Shown here: positions 49,777-63,400 of the stretch, piece by piece | Layout: each line of letters starts with the position of its first letter | How positions within the stretch are numbered: the stretch's first letter is position 1 | Assembly: GCF_018350175.1 (NCBI RefSeq) | Contig: NC_058368.1 | Location: 68,698,001-68,762,000 of the forward strand | Direction: 5' to 3' | DNA: 64,000 nt | From: Felis catus | Lineage: Eukaryota | Notes under the pieces: model-generated | What the model saw: the letters and a program-made list of their open reading frames with translations, nothing else | What the model was told of the DNA's origin: nothing | The model's database searches: none | Translations under genes and position numbers: made by a program

Positions 49777-52205
49777 AAAAGAAGTCATCTGTCTCTTGCC
49801 ACAATGAGCTATTTAAAGTACAAAGGGATAAAACCTCCGTATTAATGAAACAGTTGGCAAATGCCTTAGGGTATTAAGATAAATAGTCATATTTCCAGAA
49901 CCCTTCACTCTGCTGTGTGCTCAGGTCAATTTTCTAGGGATATTTATCCTTAAACCAACAAACAAAATTTCCAAGGAATTCAGAGCATTGCTGTTTGCAT
50001 TTTCTCCATTGATCTCATGCAATATACCAGAAGCTGTGCCAACCAGACTATTTCAGACGTAGGCCTTGTAGTGCCCAAAGCATTTAGTGCTATTTTTGCT
50101 TTGACTTTGCATTAAATTTGCAAGAGTAGATTGAATAAGAGAGAGAATATGAGGAAAAGAGGAAAATACGCTTGCAAAATATACTGGTTATGTAGCTTTA
50201 CTGGTTACCGGCCTGCCTCCTCTCTGCTAGTTGTTTTAATTTGCTGTTGCTATGGCGAAAACAAATCAATATCACATGGCCACCAGCCAGTCCCGCGCTC
50301 GGGGAGCGCCATCGAAATTCAAGATCAGGCACTCAAGATTCCGAGCGAGAATTGGGAGAAAAGCATTTAGATTTGAGTTTGAGAGAATTCCTGACGATAG
50401 ACTGACCAGGCTCAGTCTCTCGTGCCCTTCCTCTCCCTTTCCTCCTGCACTTTCTTACTGATAATGAGAGAAGATGGGGGAAGAAGGCATATTGATTTGT
50501 TTACATTTTCCAAAACGACAAAACGTATCGTCAGCATAGAAGCGGGTTGGTAACGTTGCAAGGGGTAAAGGATTCTGACTGATGAAAGGTGATAAAACTG
50601 TGGGGCATGTTTGTTGAAAACATAGTTTGGGGGCCTTGGATATCTCTGGGTACAGCTGCACCTGAGAGCTGACAGGGTCAGAAACAGTTACTGTGTCATA
50701 TCAGGCAGAGAAATCTGGCAGCTCGAGAGAGCGGGGGCAGTGGAGGCGAGGGGCATTAGAGAAAGGTGGGGGTGTAAACCATCAGCCAGTAGCAAAGTCA
50801 AGGCAAAGCTGTAGGTCCAGAGTCAGGCCAGGTGAGCACGGAACCCCAGGGACAGAGAGGAACAGGGTAAAGGACTTCGCTCCTTTCACAAAGTCTGCCC
50901 GAAGGCCTGGCAAGGAAAGAGAGGAAGGGGCTGCAGAGAGAAGCAAAGGGGTCATGCGCCCAGGCGTCCTTTCTGGAATGGTCCACCGAACCAGATGGGC
51001 GGAGTTGCGCTTGGCCGCGTGGAGCCAGGGACTTGATATTTCACGCGTTGGTTTCTCTCGGAAGAACGAGGCAGGAAGACGTAGCTGGGCTTTTAAATTA
51101 GTTACAATACAGTGTTTTTCTCCTGTTTTTTTTTTTTACTCAGCTCAGTTGTTTCTTAGGTTTTGTGTGCAAACTGGGGGTTGCAGCTGTGATAACATTC
51201 ATAGTAAGCAGTCCAGGGTGGCGTCAAGGCTGCATCAGGTCGGTGCCTCCGAAGGCTCGGCAGCCGAGGCTAGTCCCACTTCTGTTGTGAGAGTGAAAAC
51301 AGGTGTGAAAGGTAAAGCCCCAGGGTTTCTTTTGTGAACCTGAGCCACAGGCCAGTGGACAAACTTTCAGCTGGCCCGCTCCCCTTGACGCGGGAGAAAC
51401 GCTTGGTAATAAAAGTGGACCCAACGACTTACCTTAGCGCTCTGACAAAGAACGCATTGTCTAGAAGATGCTAGGTCAGTATATTCCATCAATCAGTCAA
51501 CAAGTGTTTATTAAACACCTCTTGGGTTCTCTGGCTTTTGCTATTCGGTTAAAACGAGTCAATTACCTAATACCTGACTTAGTGTATGTGCAAAATCAGC
51601 GGCAGAAAGAAATGATGCAAAATTGTAAGTTTTAAAGACTTTAATAAATGTATTGGTTAATGTTAATTTCACCTTGACTATCAGGCATTAATTGTAGGTT
51701 TCAGATCGTTCTTGGTGTTTGGTGGGGGGAGAATAAGGGAAGGGATTTTGAGTTTTAAATGTCTATATGCACTTTCCTCACCTCTGTTACTTTCCTCAGC
51801 ATAAATGCTGTTTAAATAACATATAAAGATGTAAGATGAGCAATAGACCTATGAGAATGTGCTGTAAAGTCCCAAATAAGAGGCCACTGAGAGCAATCAC
51901 CCAGTCTCAGCAAGCTGAGATTCAGCCCCAAAGTGACTGGGGAATATGGACGCATCATCTAAAAAGCCTTAACACCAGTCACCAAAAGGAAATCCTAGAT
52001 CCTCTCCCATACTCCAGAGCCTCGGGGTACCTAGGAGCCCCTGATGTAATTATCTTGCCATCCCCGTCCTAGTAAGGAAACCTGATTCCCCACCCTGGAG
52101 GATTAAACTACCCCCACTTTTCCCCTTAAAAACAGTTACTTAAAAAAAAAAAAAAGGTTTCCCCTTTTAAACACAAAGTTTTTGCTTTCCTTTGCTTATT
52201 TGTTG

Positions 52206-52208
52206 TTT

Positions 52209-52248
<40 letters not shown>

Positions 52249-52250
52249 TT
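52206..52250. repeat. (CTTT)n microsatellite
   Basis: Direct reading. Confidence 0.9.
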
Positions 52251-53837
52251 TACTCTAACTTTTTTTTTCTTTACTCTAACATCTCTGTGTATTTTCTGGG
52301 TACAGACAAACTGCAAGGTTAAGGACTCACTTTGTGGAGAACTGAGTGGGAGACTGAGGGACGTAAACGAGCCTAAAGAAGTCTTTTTAGTTACGAGTCT
52401 TGGCAGGCAGATGGGCTGTTCTAAGGTTTAGGAGCATCCAGGCAGCTGGCTGCTGTACGAGCTTGGGGGGGGGGGGCGCGGGTGAGCCCCCCTCAGAGGA
52501 CAGAGGGAGGAGGCAAGGAACACCCAGCACTGCAGGTCCTGGGTCTTAAGCATTTGCAATCCACGATCGCTGGGGAACAAGATACTTACAAACAAGATAA
52601 GAATAGGTCAGCACACAAATGTCTTCAGAAGAATAATTAACATATGTATAGTTTCTTACACTTTACAAAGGGCTTTCACAGACCTTATCTCAATTAACAG
52701 TTCAAAAAAGAGGGTTTAAAAAAAAAAAATCCAGAAGCCTAAAATTAGAGCACTGGGTAAAGCTCCTGGAACAGATGAGTTATAAACTGGATTAAAAAAA
52801 AAAAAAAACAACTTTTATTCATTTATTTTTGCCCGTGGTTAGTGACTTGAATTTTGAAAAGCAGGAAAAACTTCTAAGTGTCCCTGGTGCATGTACACAT
52901 GTCACTATCTCCTGTCCCCGCAAGCTTTCTTGGACAATTCCGTGTAACCAGTACTGCAGACAGCCTAGTTCCCAAGGCAGAACAAGAAGAGAGGCTGATT
53001 GGCTTTGCTTTCTCAGCTCTGACTGTTCAGAAGGCGCCAGGGGACAAAACCTATCCTGGGTTCGTGCACCAGCCTAGCCACATAGTAGCCAGGTAAGTTT
53101 GGCTATGGATGGCAGGGAGGTGCTTCTAGAACATAAAGTTCATTAATGGTTGTAAATTGCCCGCACACGTGGGAAAAACCAAAATTCAAAGTACTCCTTT
53201 TGCCCACGAGAGCTTCTCATTGAGTCCTCTTAGGCCTGCTAATGGGGTGGGGGAGAAATTAATATTTTACAACATATCTCATTTAATTTGAGCCTTTGAA
53301 GAATATCACAACGTTAATGCTCTCCCCGCAAAGTTAATGATGGTCCACAGAACGAGAAAAGTTCCCAAAGGTTCAATAACACACCCGTGAGCCCATCGCT
53401 AATACTTGCTAGAGCCAGTATGTAAGCTCAGACCCTGACAGGGTAGGCAGCACCGTGTTTTCAGCTGAGCAAATGAAAAGGAGAAAATAAAAATCATTCA
53501 TTTTCAGAAAGAAATAGGTGGAAGTAGGAGGGCAGTTGTTTTTAGAGATCCTAGATATGCCTGATACAGTTCATATTATGACACCAAAGTGCTAGGTGAG
53601 ATGATAACAGTGATGTCTTACAGGTACGTATCCCTTCAGTTTTTGTCATCTCTTTAATGGTCACAACATTTCCTTCTTGTTCCTGTTGTATAATTTAAAC
53701 AAAAACTGAACTTGAGTGAGGTTAACCAATGTGTTCAAAGATTTTTTTTTTTCTCAGTAGCCAAAAAAAGCAGAAAATCTAGTCCTCAAAGCTATGGGAA
53801 TCTGTGCACATGATATTCAATGAGATAAAAGTCTTTA

Positions 53838-54057
53838 TTTTTTTTTTAAATTTTTTAACGTTTATTTATTTTTGAGACAGAGAGAGACAGAGCATGAATG
53901 GGGGAGGGTCAGAGAGAGGGAGACACAGAATCTGAAACAGGCTCCAGGCTCTGAGCTGTCAGCACAGAGCCCGACGCGGGGCTCGAACTCATGGACCGTG
54001 AGATCATGACCTGAGCCGAAGTCGGCCGCTCAACCGACTGAGCTACCCAGGCGCCCC
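53838..54057 (-). mobile_element. Can-SINE (SINEC_Fc-like)
   Basis: Perfect TSD GAGATAAAAGTCTTTA (53822-53837, 54058-54073). Confidence 0.96.
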
Positions 54058-56084
54058 GAGATAAAAGTCTTTAAATGAAGTCACACTGCAGTCTGACTTG
54101 GAGTTTTCTTGTAATGGATGTTGCACAGTGGATAGAGCCCAACCCAAGCAATTTTGGAAAGACAGTAATGTTTTTAATTAAGATATTGAATTATTTGAAA
54201 AATCTATAAATTTCTGGCATCCTAGATGCAAACTTCAATTAATCAACTAAAAAGTATTGGTGAAGCATACATTATATTAGTGATTTACTACTTGTAATTT
54301 TAAATGCCCTGGTTGTTCAAGCAAGCAGAACTTTGTTCGGGCTGGAGTAGTAGATAACTTTATAGAGGGAAGCTCTATCCTGTAGCTCTGAATGGATATA
54401 TTTTGTCCAGATCAGTGGTCCTAAAGTGGGAAGTCTACACCCGACCTAGGGCAAGATGATTCACTAGGTAAGGAATAGCTGAACTTGTGTCTTATACATT
54501 ATTTAGCTCATCCTTTTAAAATGTCGATTTTCACATATGTTGGATAATGTATGTAACATATTAGCATTGTTATGCAAGTGTAACATTTATAAATAAGTAA
54601 CAACCTCGTGACAGTTGTGCCTGCTCAAAGATATTTTTCTGGTAGGGGTATTTGTTCAACAAAGTTCGGAGAGGACAGGAGTCAGAATTAGAGAAAAGAA
54701 AGTCATTTCCAGAGGAGGAAACAGCATGATGTGATATAGGGGGCAGTGCGGAAGCTTAAACTTGTCTCTGGGGAGCAGTAGGAAATAGGGGTAGTGGGGA
54801 AATAGAACATGGGGGAAGTCAGAATATGGAAGACCTGAAGAGCTATGTCGAGCTTAATTTTGTTACTTATAACATCATATCTAGTGTTTTAAAAGTGTTC
54901 AATTACAACTTGTAAGAGAGGGCTGGAGATCTGAAAATTTGTAACATACGATGCCACTGGGGGAAAAAATCTTTTGCCATATTCTAGGTATGATGTGGGA
55001 AAAAGTGGGCTTAGAATAGCATTGTGAGGATAGAAGAGAAAGAGCAAATCCAAAAGGTCCTTGAAGAGAAAATAATGGAAACTATTAACAGCTTATAAGA
55101 GTCAAAATGGCACTGGAGTTATCAGGAAAAATGTCAATGGAACCCTAACAGAAAACAGGGGCGGATGGGAAAAGGAACCAATCAGTAGGAGCGGGGTGGT
55201 GGTACGGAAGAAGATGATGAATGGCACGTTCTGGTCGTGGTGTTAGCTAACGGTGGGTCATCCAAGTGGGATATTCCATAGACATCTGACAATGTGGGAA
55301 CGGAGAACAGCTTAGATGCAGGGCTTCAAATGTCAATGGAGACATACCTGTGTTGCAGTCATAATCCAAGCCAAGGATGCTGACAACCTCCAAGGCAAAG
55401 GGACCATAAATGGAGACAGGCAGATGACCAAGGATGGGCCTTGGGAGAGGACTGCCAGAGGCCTAGAAGGGCAGAAATGCTAGCAAAGAATCGGGAAAAT
55501 AAACAGCCACAAAGGAGCAAAATTGTCAACCAAAAAGTGAGTTCCAAGACACTTAAGCACCGTACCGCAGTCTCTGTGGTTCCACGGGATGACAGTGCGG
55601 CTTCCCACACTGCATTATCCCGCTGCGCATGGTTGACCCGCTTTGGCATGAGTGCTCAAGCCATGGCCCTCTTGAAGGCAAATATTGGTTCACTGTAATG
55701 GTGAGAGTCGCAGGATACTGGATGGATAGGGAGATCTTCCTGCTGCATTTTTCATATATACGGTAGCCTTTTTTAAAAAAATAGATTTTCAGTAATAACC
55801 AGAAGAAAACACTTAAAACCAGCAACTATCAAGACTTCACCGTCTGTATCTTGAAATACACCTTTTGGGGTGGTGTCATTGGTTAGAATGTTAATTCCAG
55901 GGCGATTGGAGATTTCTCTGGACACCGGTCATCCTATTCTCACAGACCCAGAGGTCTGTTTATTCTTGAATCCAGCAGGTCTCTGCCAAACCCAGCCATT
56001 AGGAGCTCGAGAAGATGAGAAAAGCACTCAAAGTGGGTAAACGGTTGCTGTCCTCATAGCAGACCCCCGCAGTACATAAACCAT

Positions 56085-56240
56085 AGCACCACTTCTCAGA
56101 CTTCCACGTGCATAGGGAATCAGCCGGGAATCTTATTAAAAATGAGATTCTGATTCAACAGATTTGGAGTGGGGCCTGAGAGTCTGCATTTCTAACAAGC
56201 TCCCGGACGATGAACACGCTGCTCATCAGCAAAGCTCTAG
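56085..56240. mobile_element. MER5-like hAT-Charlie MITE
   Basis: GGAATCTTATTAAAATGAGATTCTGATTCAACAGATTTGGAGTGGGGCCTGAGAGTCTGCATTTCTAACAAGCTCCC. Confidence 0.85.
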
Positions 56241-57451
56241 AGCACAATGGCAGTTTTGCTAACATAAACGTAGATGGCGGCAGACCACTGCGTCTGGCGT
56301 GGTTTTCAAGGAGTGCTCTCTGGGGCTGGGAGCCAGGACCTACCTCCCTGACACAGTAAGCCTTTCCAAACTGCTCGGGCTCAGAGTGGGGCGAGGGTGA
56401 ACTGACGTATGCCGTGGGCCTTGCCCCAAAGCCTCTGTAGTCAAGGGTGAAAGGCAGGGCCTTGGGCTGTTTCCAGGAGTTCTATGCTTTAGACAGCTGG
56501 TCTGTGGATGTCTCCCCATGCTCGTAGTGGAACTCTGACCAACTCATCATCTCCCTTCATGGTGCAGGGAATGTCATTCTTCCCTTATTCTCTCCAAAGA
56601 ATATGAAGAATAGAGAGGACGTGTTAAAGGTGATGAAGATCGCATCTGTTTAAAAATGCTACTTTTAATGTTTTGCAGTAGAAGTGAAGACAGTTGTAGA
56701 AATGATAGCTGTCTAAGGTGGTGGCTTAAGGGAAATGCCCAGGCCTGATTGTGGACAGCTTTGTATCTTGTCACAAGTCTTACACCTTCTTTTGTGTCCA
56801 TCTGTCTTTCCTCCCTTGAATGCTTCATTTTCCTGTCCATCTGCACGTGGCCCCTCTTTCCTGGGCCGAGTCTAGCTAAACTGATTTGGAGGAAGTCTTC
56901 CCTGCCCGGATGCTGGTTCAGTTCACACACAGATGGCTGGTGTTTTCTTGCATTTTTCATTTAACCAGTAGCCTTTCAAGAATGAAGGGAGACGAGTTGT
57001 CGGTTGAGTATATTGAGTGCCTACTATATGCCAAGCCCTCTGCTGGGAGCTTTGTGGCCATTGACCCATGAAGAATTTTTATGAAGAAAATAAAGTCCCG
57101 GGAGCTGAGTTACTTGCGAGGGTCACACACTAACAAGTGACAGAGCAAGCGGTGAAACCCCAGTCGGTGGTCTCCAAAGGCCCCGACCTTTTCCAAAGGT
57201 GCTTCCTGGGGGGTTTGCTTTAGAAAAACTTGTCTTACATTTGCACATACTGCTAGCTGAATTCACTCCACTTACACTTGTGTGTAAGACAGACCACAAA
57301 CAAGCCATTACTGGCATACTGTTCGGGCATGAGTTCAGTTTCAGCCAGGAGCTCCCCTTCCCAAAGGGACCGGATGAATCGCCAGGGATGGCCAGAGCCT
57401 TCTCTCCATTATTTGTTGTCATTAGTTGGCCTTTTCTTTACTCTTGAATCT

Positions 57452-57453
<2 letters not shown>

Positions 57454-57488
<35 letters not shown>
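57454..57488. repeat. (TG)n microsatellite
   Basis: Direct reading. Confidence 0.95.
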
Positions 57489-57492
<4 letters not shown>

Positions 57493-58944
57493 AGCTTAAA
57501 GACCTAAAGATGTCAACTTATTGATACCTTAAATAGATAACATATGTAAAAGCCCATTATCGGCTGTGGGGCATGTACAAGAGGGAGATGTGTTGTGTTG
57601 TGGCTTTGCTGTGCTCTGTGAAAGTTCTTCGAAACCGCTTTTCTTGTCCCCCGCCTTCCCTCTTCTCTCACACGCGTGTCTCCCATCCTCTGCCGAGGCC
57701 CGTGCTGCTTGTTTCTAGTGCGTGTACCCACCATCCTGTTTCTTGCTTGGCCTGCTCCTGAGCCAGCCCATCGTCTCTTTTCTCTTGCTCTTCTCTCTGC
57801 CGAGGCATCTCGCCCGGGCACCCCTGCTAACGGGCACACGTAGTTGCCCACTGCTCCCGGGGTTCCGCTCACACCTGGCTCTTAGCTGATAGAAAGGTCT
57901 ATTTATTTGCCCCCTTAGGAAGCCCATCCTTCCAACCCTACAGTATCAGCTTCCTGGCAGCCACCACAAAGACCATCCCCTCAGGAAACAAAACAAACCC
58001 TATCTCCAGAGTTCCCCTGTTTCTTTTCTTTCAAGTTCCCCGTTTGCTAGTAGGCTGCAATTAAGAGTCAGGATCAAAGGGAACTAGCTGCCTCTGGGGC
58101 TGCAGGGACCCACCAAGAACTTTGGTCTCCTTAACTCCTTACTCCCTGTGATCTGCTCACCTGCACCTCTCTGTTCCGCTGGTGCTCAGGTGTTGGGGCT
58201 GCGGGAGCTTGGGGAGACGCCTCGGGGCCTCAGGAGGGGCTCCTCACACACGCGAGACCCTAACAGCCCCTCCTCCCGATTTACAAAACCCACAAACATA
58301 AGGTGAAGATCGGAGGCAATCCCAAATTGGGAAGAATTGGAGGGATTATCTAGCACAGCTCACGTCTACCCCCCCCCCCCCACAGCCCTGCTACCCAGGT
58401 TCTCATGGCTTCTTTCCCCTCTGTTGACTGGACAGTCACTGCCCCAGAGTGCTTACGAACTACAACATTCTGTTGTAAAATTCAGCCTTGTGCTGAGACA
58501 AAATGTGACTCCAGTGACCTTCACTCTCCGGCCCTCGTTTGGGCCTTTGGAGTGACCCAGATGCTTCTTCAGTGGGTGAGTCTCTTCATATATTGAAAGA
58601 TGGCAATCAGGCTGCCTCTCATAGGAGCAGCTGGCAGCTCCCTTATTTAGGATGTAATACATTTATTTATGCAACTTAGCCCGCTCTGAGTTTCTCTTGG
58701 GTTGCTCTGAGTTTCTCACGTTGACCCACATCGCTATCCTACTTGAACCTTGAACCAGCTGTGTTAGAGAAAGGGGTGGGGCACGCCGTGTTCCCTCAGC
58801 TCTGTGCAGGTGAAGTGAGGAAGGTCAGACATCTTCCCCAATGGCGTGGGATGCTTAAAAATTTTTGTCCATCCCAACAAGAGGCTATAGACGCCTTTGG
58901 AAATACCTGGCAAGATGCTGGGCATTGACTTGCAAAACCACCCA

Positions 58945-59250
58945 TAGGATGATGGATAGACAGATTGATTTAGATGGATATATATGTATGGAGACAGGTA
59001 GAGAAAGACATTAATATACATAAACAGATATAGAGCCATAGACCCAGATTTAGATTAATATATGTAGATAGTTACAGATAAATATTTGTATATACAGATA
59101 AAGTTAGGTAGAGATTTAGGTTAATATATATTATGTATTTAGATTAATATACATACACAGATAGATATATGCACACAGATATATACATTGATATGTACAC
59201 ACACAACAACAGATCTAGATTAGTGTGTATACAGACACAGACAGATAATC
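58945..59250. repeat. Degenerate TA/GATA-rich low-complexity tract
   Basis: Recurrent ATTTAG(A/G)TTAATATA and ACAGATA motifs. Confidence 0.75.
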
Positions 59251-60786
59251 CACACAATTTGAATACCACACTAAAGTGGCTTTTAGACCTAAAGCACTTG
59301 TTCGGGGTGTTCTTTAGTTGTGTTGTTTCTGGTTTGGGACTCAACAAAATGGTGATCGTTGTCGCCGTGGCTCTTGGTCCTCCTGAGTCCCTCCGTGGCT
59401 GAGCACAGCCCCTCCACAGCTTGGAGACATATTCCGCCATCAGCAGATGCCAAGGTCACCGAAGGAACTAATTAATCCCAGCTCCAGTCGACAGCGAGCT
59501 GCACTAACCTGTCCTCCTTCCTCAGAGAGGGAGAAACCAGGAAGGATTTTCTCCTTCAGTTCCGCCCGGGGCCTACTCAGGGACACCCTGTGCAAACAAA
59601 GGAAGGGCTGGTCAACTGTTTCCCGACTAGCTGGCCAGGTTTTCATCTAGAGAAAAGCCTGTTCAAGGGCTCTCAAACATGAGTTGAGAAAAGCCTTCCA
59701 GATTCTCTTAGGAAAATTCCCAGGTTGATATTTAACCTAAAGATCCCCAGGCCTGGACTCTGCCTTTTTTTTTTCTCTCTCTTTACTACTAGTCTTACTA
59801 ATGTCCATAAACCCAGCCAACACTCTCGTCCATGCTGAAAATGTGCCTTTTTAATTAAAACTACAAGTTTTCTAGCTGACCACGAGGGAGCATAAATTTC
59901 TTCCCCCTCGGGGTAAGATTGATGTCGTATCGCCCAGACTGTGCTAAATAATTGATCAGAAAACGTAACTGAGAGGAGTGCTTATTTTGGGAAATGTTGG
60001 CAGCCGATAACCCAAGATGGGAAGTTGGAGAATGTTGCTGCTTAAAACATGGTGGAAACCGGAGTCAGCATTAGTCTTCTTAGCCAGATACATGTTGGGT
60101 CTTGAGTTAATGGTTGTGTGCCTGTGGATTTTTATTTGATGTTCTGATCTCTTCCTTCCAGGCTGACAATTAGTGCAGAGAGTCGTGGGAAGCCCCACGA
60201 CTTGGGCTCTGTGCTTTGTCAACGGTAGGGAGTCTCTGTCGTAGATCCGGTCAGTGCAGTTCCATCCTGGCCCTCTGTGTCTCCCCGAGGGCCCTCCCCC
60301 CCCCCCCCCCCCCCCCCACCGAGCTGCGAAAGCGGGAGGGACATGGGCTCGGGCGTTAGTTTCCCTTTACAGTTTGGCAAATCCCAGCACCTTCTGGAGT
60401 TAGGTTTGTGACACTCTCCATCTTGCTCACTGGCTAAAAACAGAAAAAAAAAAAAAAACCCACCAAAATCAAAACCATATGTTCCACAGAATATCAGGCT
60501 TCTAGTGAACACTGTGCTATCAAATAATCACCGCCGACCTAGCCCCATATTTGAAGGCTACAGGCACGGGAGCTGATCTGTTCCGGCCGGAGGCTGAGGC
60601 AGGTAGAGAAGGGCCATTCTGTTTGCTTCCTTTCTCAAAATGGCACGTCGCTGGAGCCTTTCAGCTTCTAGTGGGGGACACAGAAAGAGACTGCATTTAC
60701 TGACTTATTTCCCTTCTTCCCATCTTCCTTCTTCCCCTCACATTTTCAGGATTGAAAATTAGAAACACTTTTCTCCTACATGCAAA

Positions 60787-60789
<3 letters not shown>

Positions 60790-60840
<51 letters not shown>

Positions 60841-60852
60841 TACACACACACA
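60790..60852. repeat. Compound (CT)n(CA)n microsatellite
   Basis: Direct reading. Confidence 0.95.
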
Positions 60853-61894
60853 CTTTTTTTACCCCCTGCTTTGAAATGGCAATTGCTGCCAGACAGAGCT
60901 TCTCCAAGAACCCACTGCCGTCCTCTCCACAACAGTCAAAGGGTTACTTTAAGATGTAGCCAGCTAGTGAGATGTAGTAGCTAGTTCAAGAGAGGGGTCA
61001 CCCTTTGGCGACAGGGGTTCTCAGGGTCCTGCTAATACGTTATTCCTCGGTCTAGGGGTGGGTCACACAGATGTGCTCACTTTGTGAAAATCCAGTGACT
61101 GGACACTTAGGATGTGTTGATCTTTCTGTTTTTAATAAAATGTTTAAAAGTGTAGCTGGCTACCCGGCACTGTCTATCGTAAGATAAAGGGAAGTGGGTG
61201 GGACGGCACCCCATATCCTTTTCTCCCTGCGGCCCCGCCCCCTCCTTATCTGTTCTCCCCTCTTTCTGGGCTCTAGCTCTGTTCCCACGACTAGTGAGGT
61301 CCCTGAAGCACCATCGCATCCGACCCCCGGGCCAGGGGGAGGTTCATGCTTCACATTCAGACTTGAAAAGGAGACCATCATCATCCACATCAAATAATAA
61401 CCATAATAATAGTGCCGCTTTGGTATGGTTTCCAAAGCATGTCCTTTTCTCCTCCCGTGCTTATGTTTTATGTCTTACAAACACGTGCAAGTCGTGCTTA
61501 AAGTGTTTTGGGGTTCTTTTTTTTAATCCTATTTGGCAAGCAAGACCAGTGGAGGGAAGGAACTGTGTGAGGACCGCAGATGGCCGCACCGTTTGCCCTT
61601 TCTTCCCGTGTAACCCTAGATTTGTGGGAGTGCGTATAAGTCAAGGGAGTGCAGGTCTCAAAAAATAAATAAGAGTGACTAAGGATGGCAAGAATGTAAA
61701 GCTTGGGGGCCATCCACAGGGGTTTGAATCCTGGCTTCCCCTACTTAGGGTGAACAAAAGTCACGAGTCACTTGGAACTTTGATCCCCTGATTGGCCCAG
61801 TCGATCAAGGTGATCATTCCGTGTTTCAGGATTTTTGTTTAGATTTGGGGCCACAAGATACCAGAAGTGCCCTGCACACAGCGAAAGCCCTGTG

Positions 61895-63400
61895 TCAACA
61901 GGCTGTTCATCATTCACTTAATCTTTACTTCTTCTGCCGGGGCAAGCACATTCTATTTAGTGAAGTTTTCTTGGCAAAAGAAAAATTTGCAGAAAAAAAA
62001 AAAAAGTACCGTGTGAAAGGTTGAGGAAATATGTCTTAAATTTTCCTCATTTCCTTTCCTGTCATGGAATTTGTTCTCTGGTGCGACAGATAAGATGTAT
62101 AAATAAACCGCAACGGTGAAGGTAATTCGTGCCACAAGGGAGGTATAAGGTTCCTTGTCAGTAGACTCCTGCTGTGCAGGTGAAGCAGGGAAGTCTTCTT
62201 GGAGGAGGCAGCCTCTGACGCGGCCTGTGAAGGAAAGCACCCATGCAGGTTTCTCTGGAGAGTAGGGCAGAATCCAGAGAGTATTCATGCGAGCACAGCT
62301 AAAATGTTTGGCATGATTATGCCTCAATTGTGGAGGACCCTGAATGCCAAACTTTGTATTTTGAACTTTATTCCAAGTACGGTGGAGAGCCACCAAATGT
62401 TTGTGAGCAGTTGAGTGGGGGAGCGGGGGGAGACGTCAGACACTGCTTGGGGAGATAATTCTGTGAGTACAGCTTAGAGCTGAGAGCTGTGGGCACCCAG
62501 GAAGTCATGGAGGAGTGAGCAGGTGACAAAGACCCGGCAGGGGTCATGCACTCATACAGGAGTGGCTTCCCAGGTGCTGGGGCAGGACCCTTGGAAGCCA
62601 AGGGAAAGGGAGGGAAGTCCGGGATGACCCAGAGACCATGAACTTCAGTGACAGAAACATTCATGACACCGGAGACAGACACATGCAGGAGGATGGGGAA
62701 AGATATGAGATTGGTTCTGGTCACTGGAAGTTTGAAGTTGGAATGTTGTCATGGAAGTATAGGTCTGGGCTTCCGTAGAGTGCAGAGCTGGGAGTCCATT
62801 GGGGACTCATCCACAGAGGAGTGGAATTTGAAATCATAAAGGAGTTTGAGATAGCTAAGGGGTTCCCTCGGAGAACTAGAAAATGGTTGATGGCACAGCC
62901 TTGGGGAGCACTTACATTTGAGGGGATCTCCTAGGCACACTCCCGGTGGCAGGGAATCTGAAAGCAAAGAGCCTTGCAGAGACAGCAGGTGTTCTTGGGA
63001 CAGGTGTGTGGGCCTCAGGGCGTCTCTCAATGCCCTTGGATCTGTGAGAAGCAATCATGCTGTTCACTATGTCCTAGAAATAACGTGGGCGGGTGATGTA
63101 ATATGGATGAGTATTCGGTTCTCCTAAAACCAAGTGCTAATGGGAAAGAAAGAAAGTTCAGTGACAATGAGGACTCAGTCTGGTACCTTGACGTGCGGAA
63201 GTTAAGACGGCACCCTGACCTTTGGGAGACAGCTGGAGGGTGGCGACTGGGAGGCTGAAAGGCAAGGTGCCAGGACAGTGGAGGTGAAATCATTCAGAGG
63301 GAGTGAGATATTTAAAGCAGTCGAAGGGATGACGGAGGGAAGCCGGAGAGGAATCAGGGCTAAGGTGAGACCGTGTGGGACTGAAGGGAGGTTGCCTAGG
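61895..63400 (-). mobile_element. L2 fragments
   Basis: TCATCATTCACTT...GGTGAAGCAGGGAAGTCTTCTTGGAGGAGGCAGC...GAGCTGGGAGTCCATTGGGGA. Confidence 0.6.

Noticed and set aside
50693..51337. Longest ORF in the window (214 aa)
   Set aside because: Starts at GTG, has no recognisable domain, crosses a poly-T run and lies in an inferred intron; consistent with a chance ORF.
234..54057. tRNA-like A/B box sequences
   Set aside because: All are heads of Can-SINEs followed by CT tracts and/or A-rich tails, often with TSDs; none is a standalone tRNA gene.
56266..56283. Partial CTCF-like motif (TAGATGGCGG)
   Set aside because: Lacks the 5' CCAC/CCAG half of the consensus.
58683..58717. 14-bp direct repeat GCTCTGAGTTTCTC
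   Set aside because: Ordinary local microduplication with no further structure.
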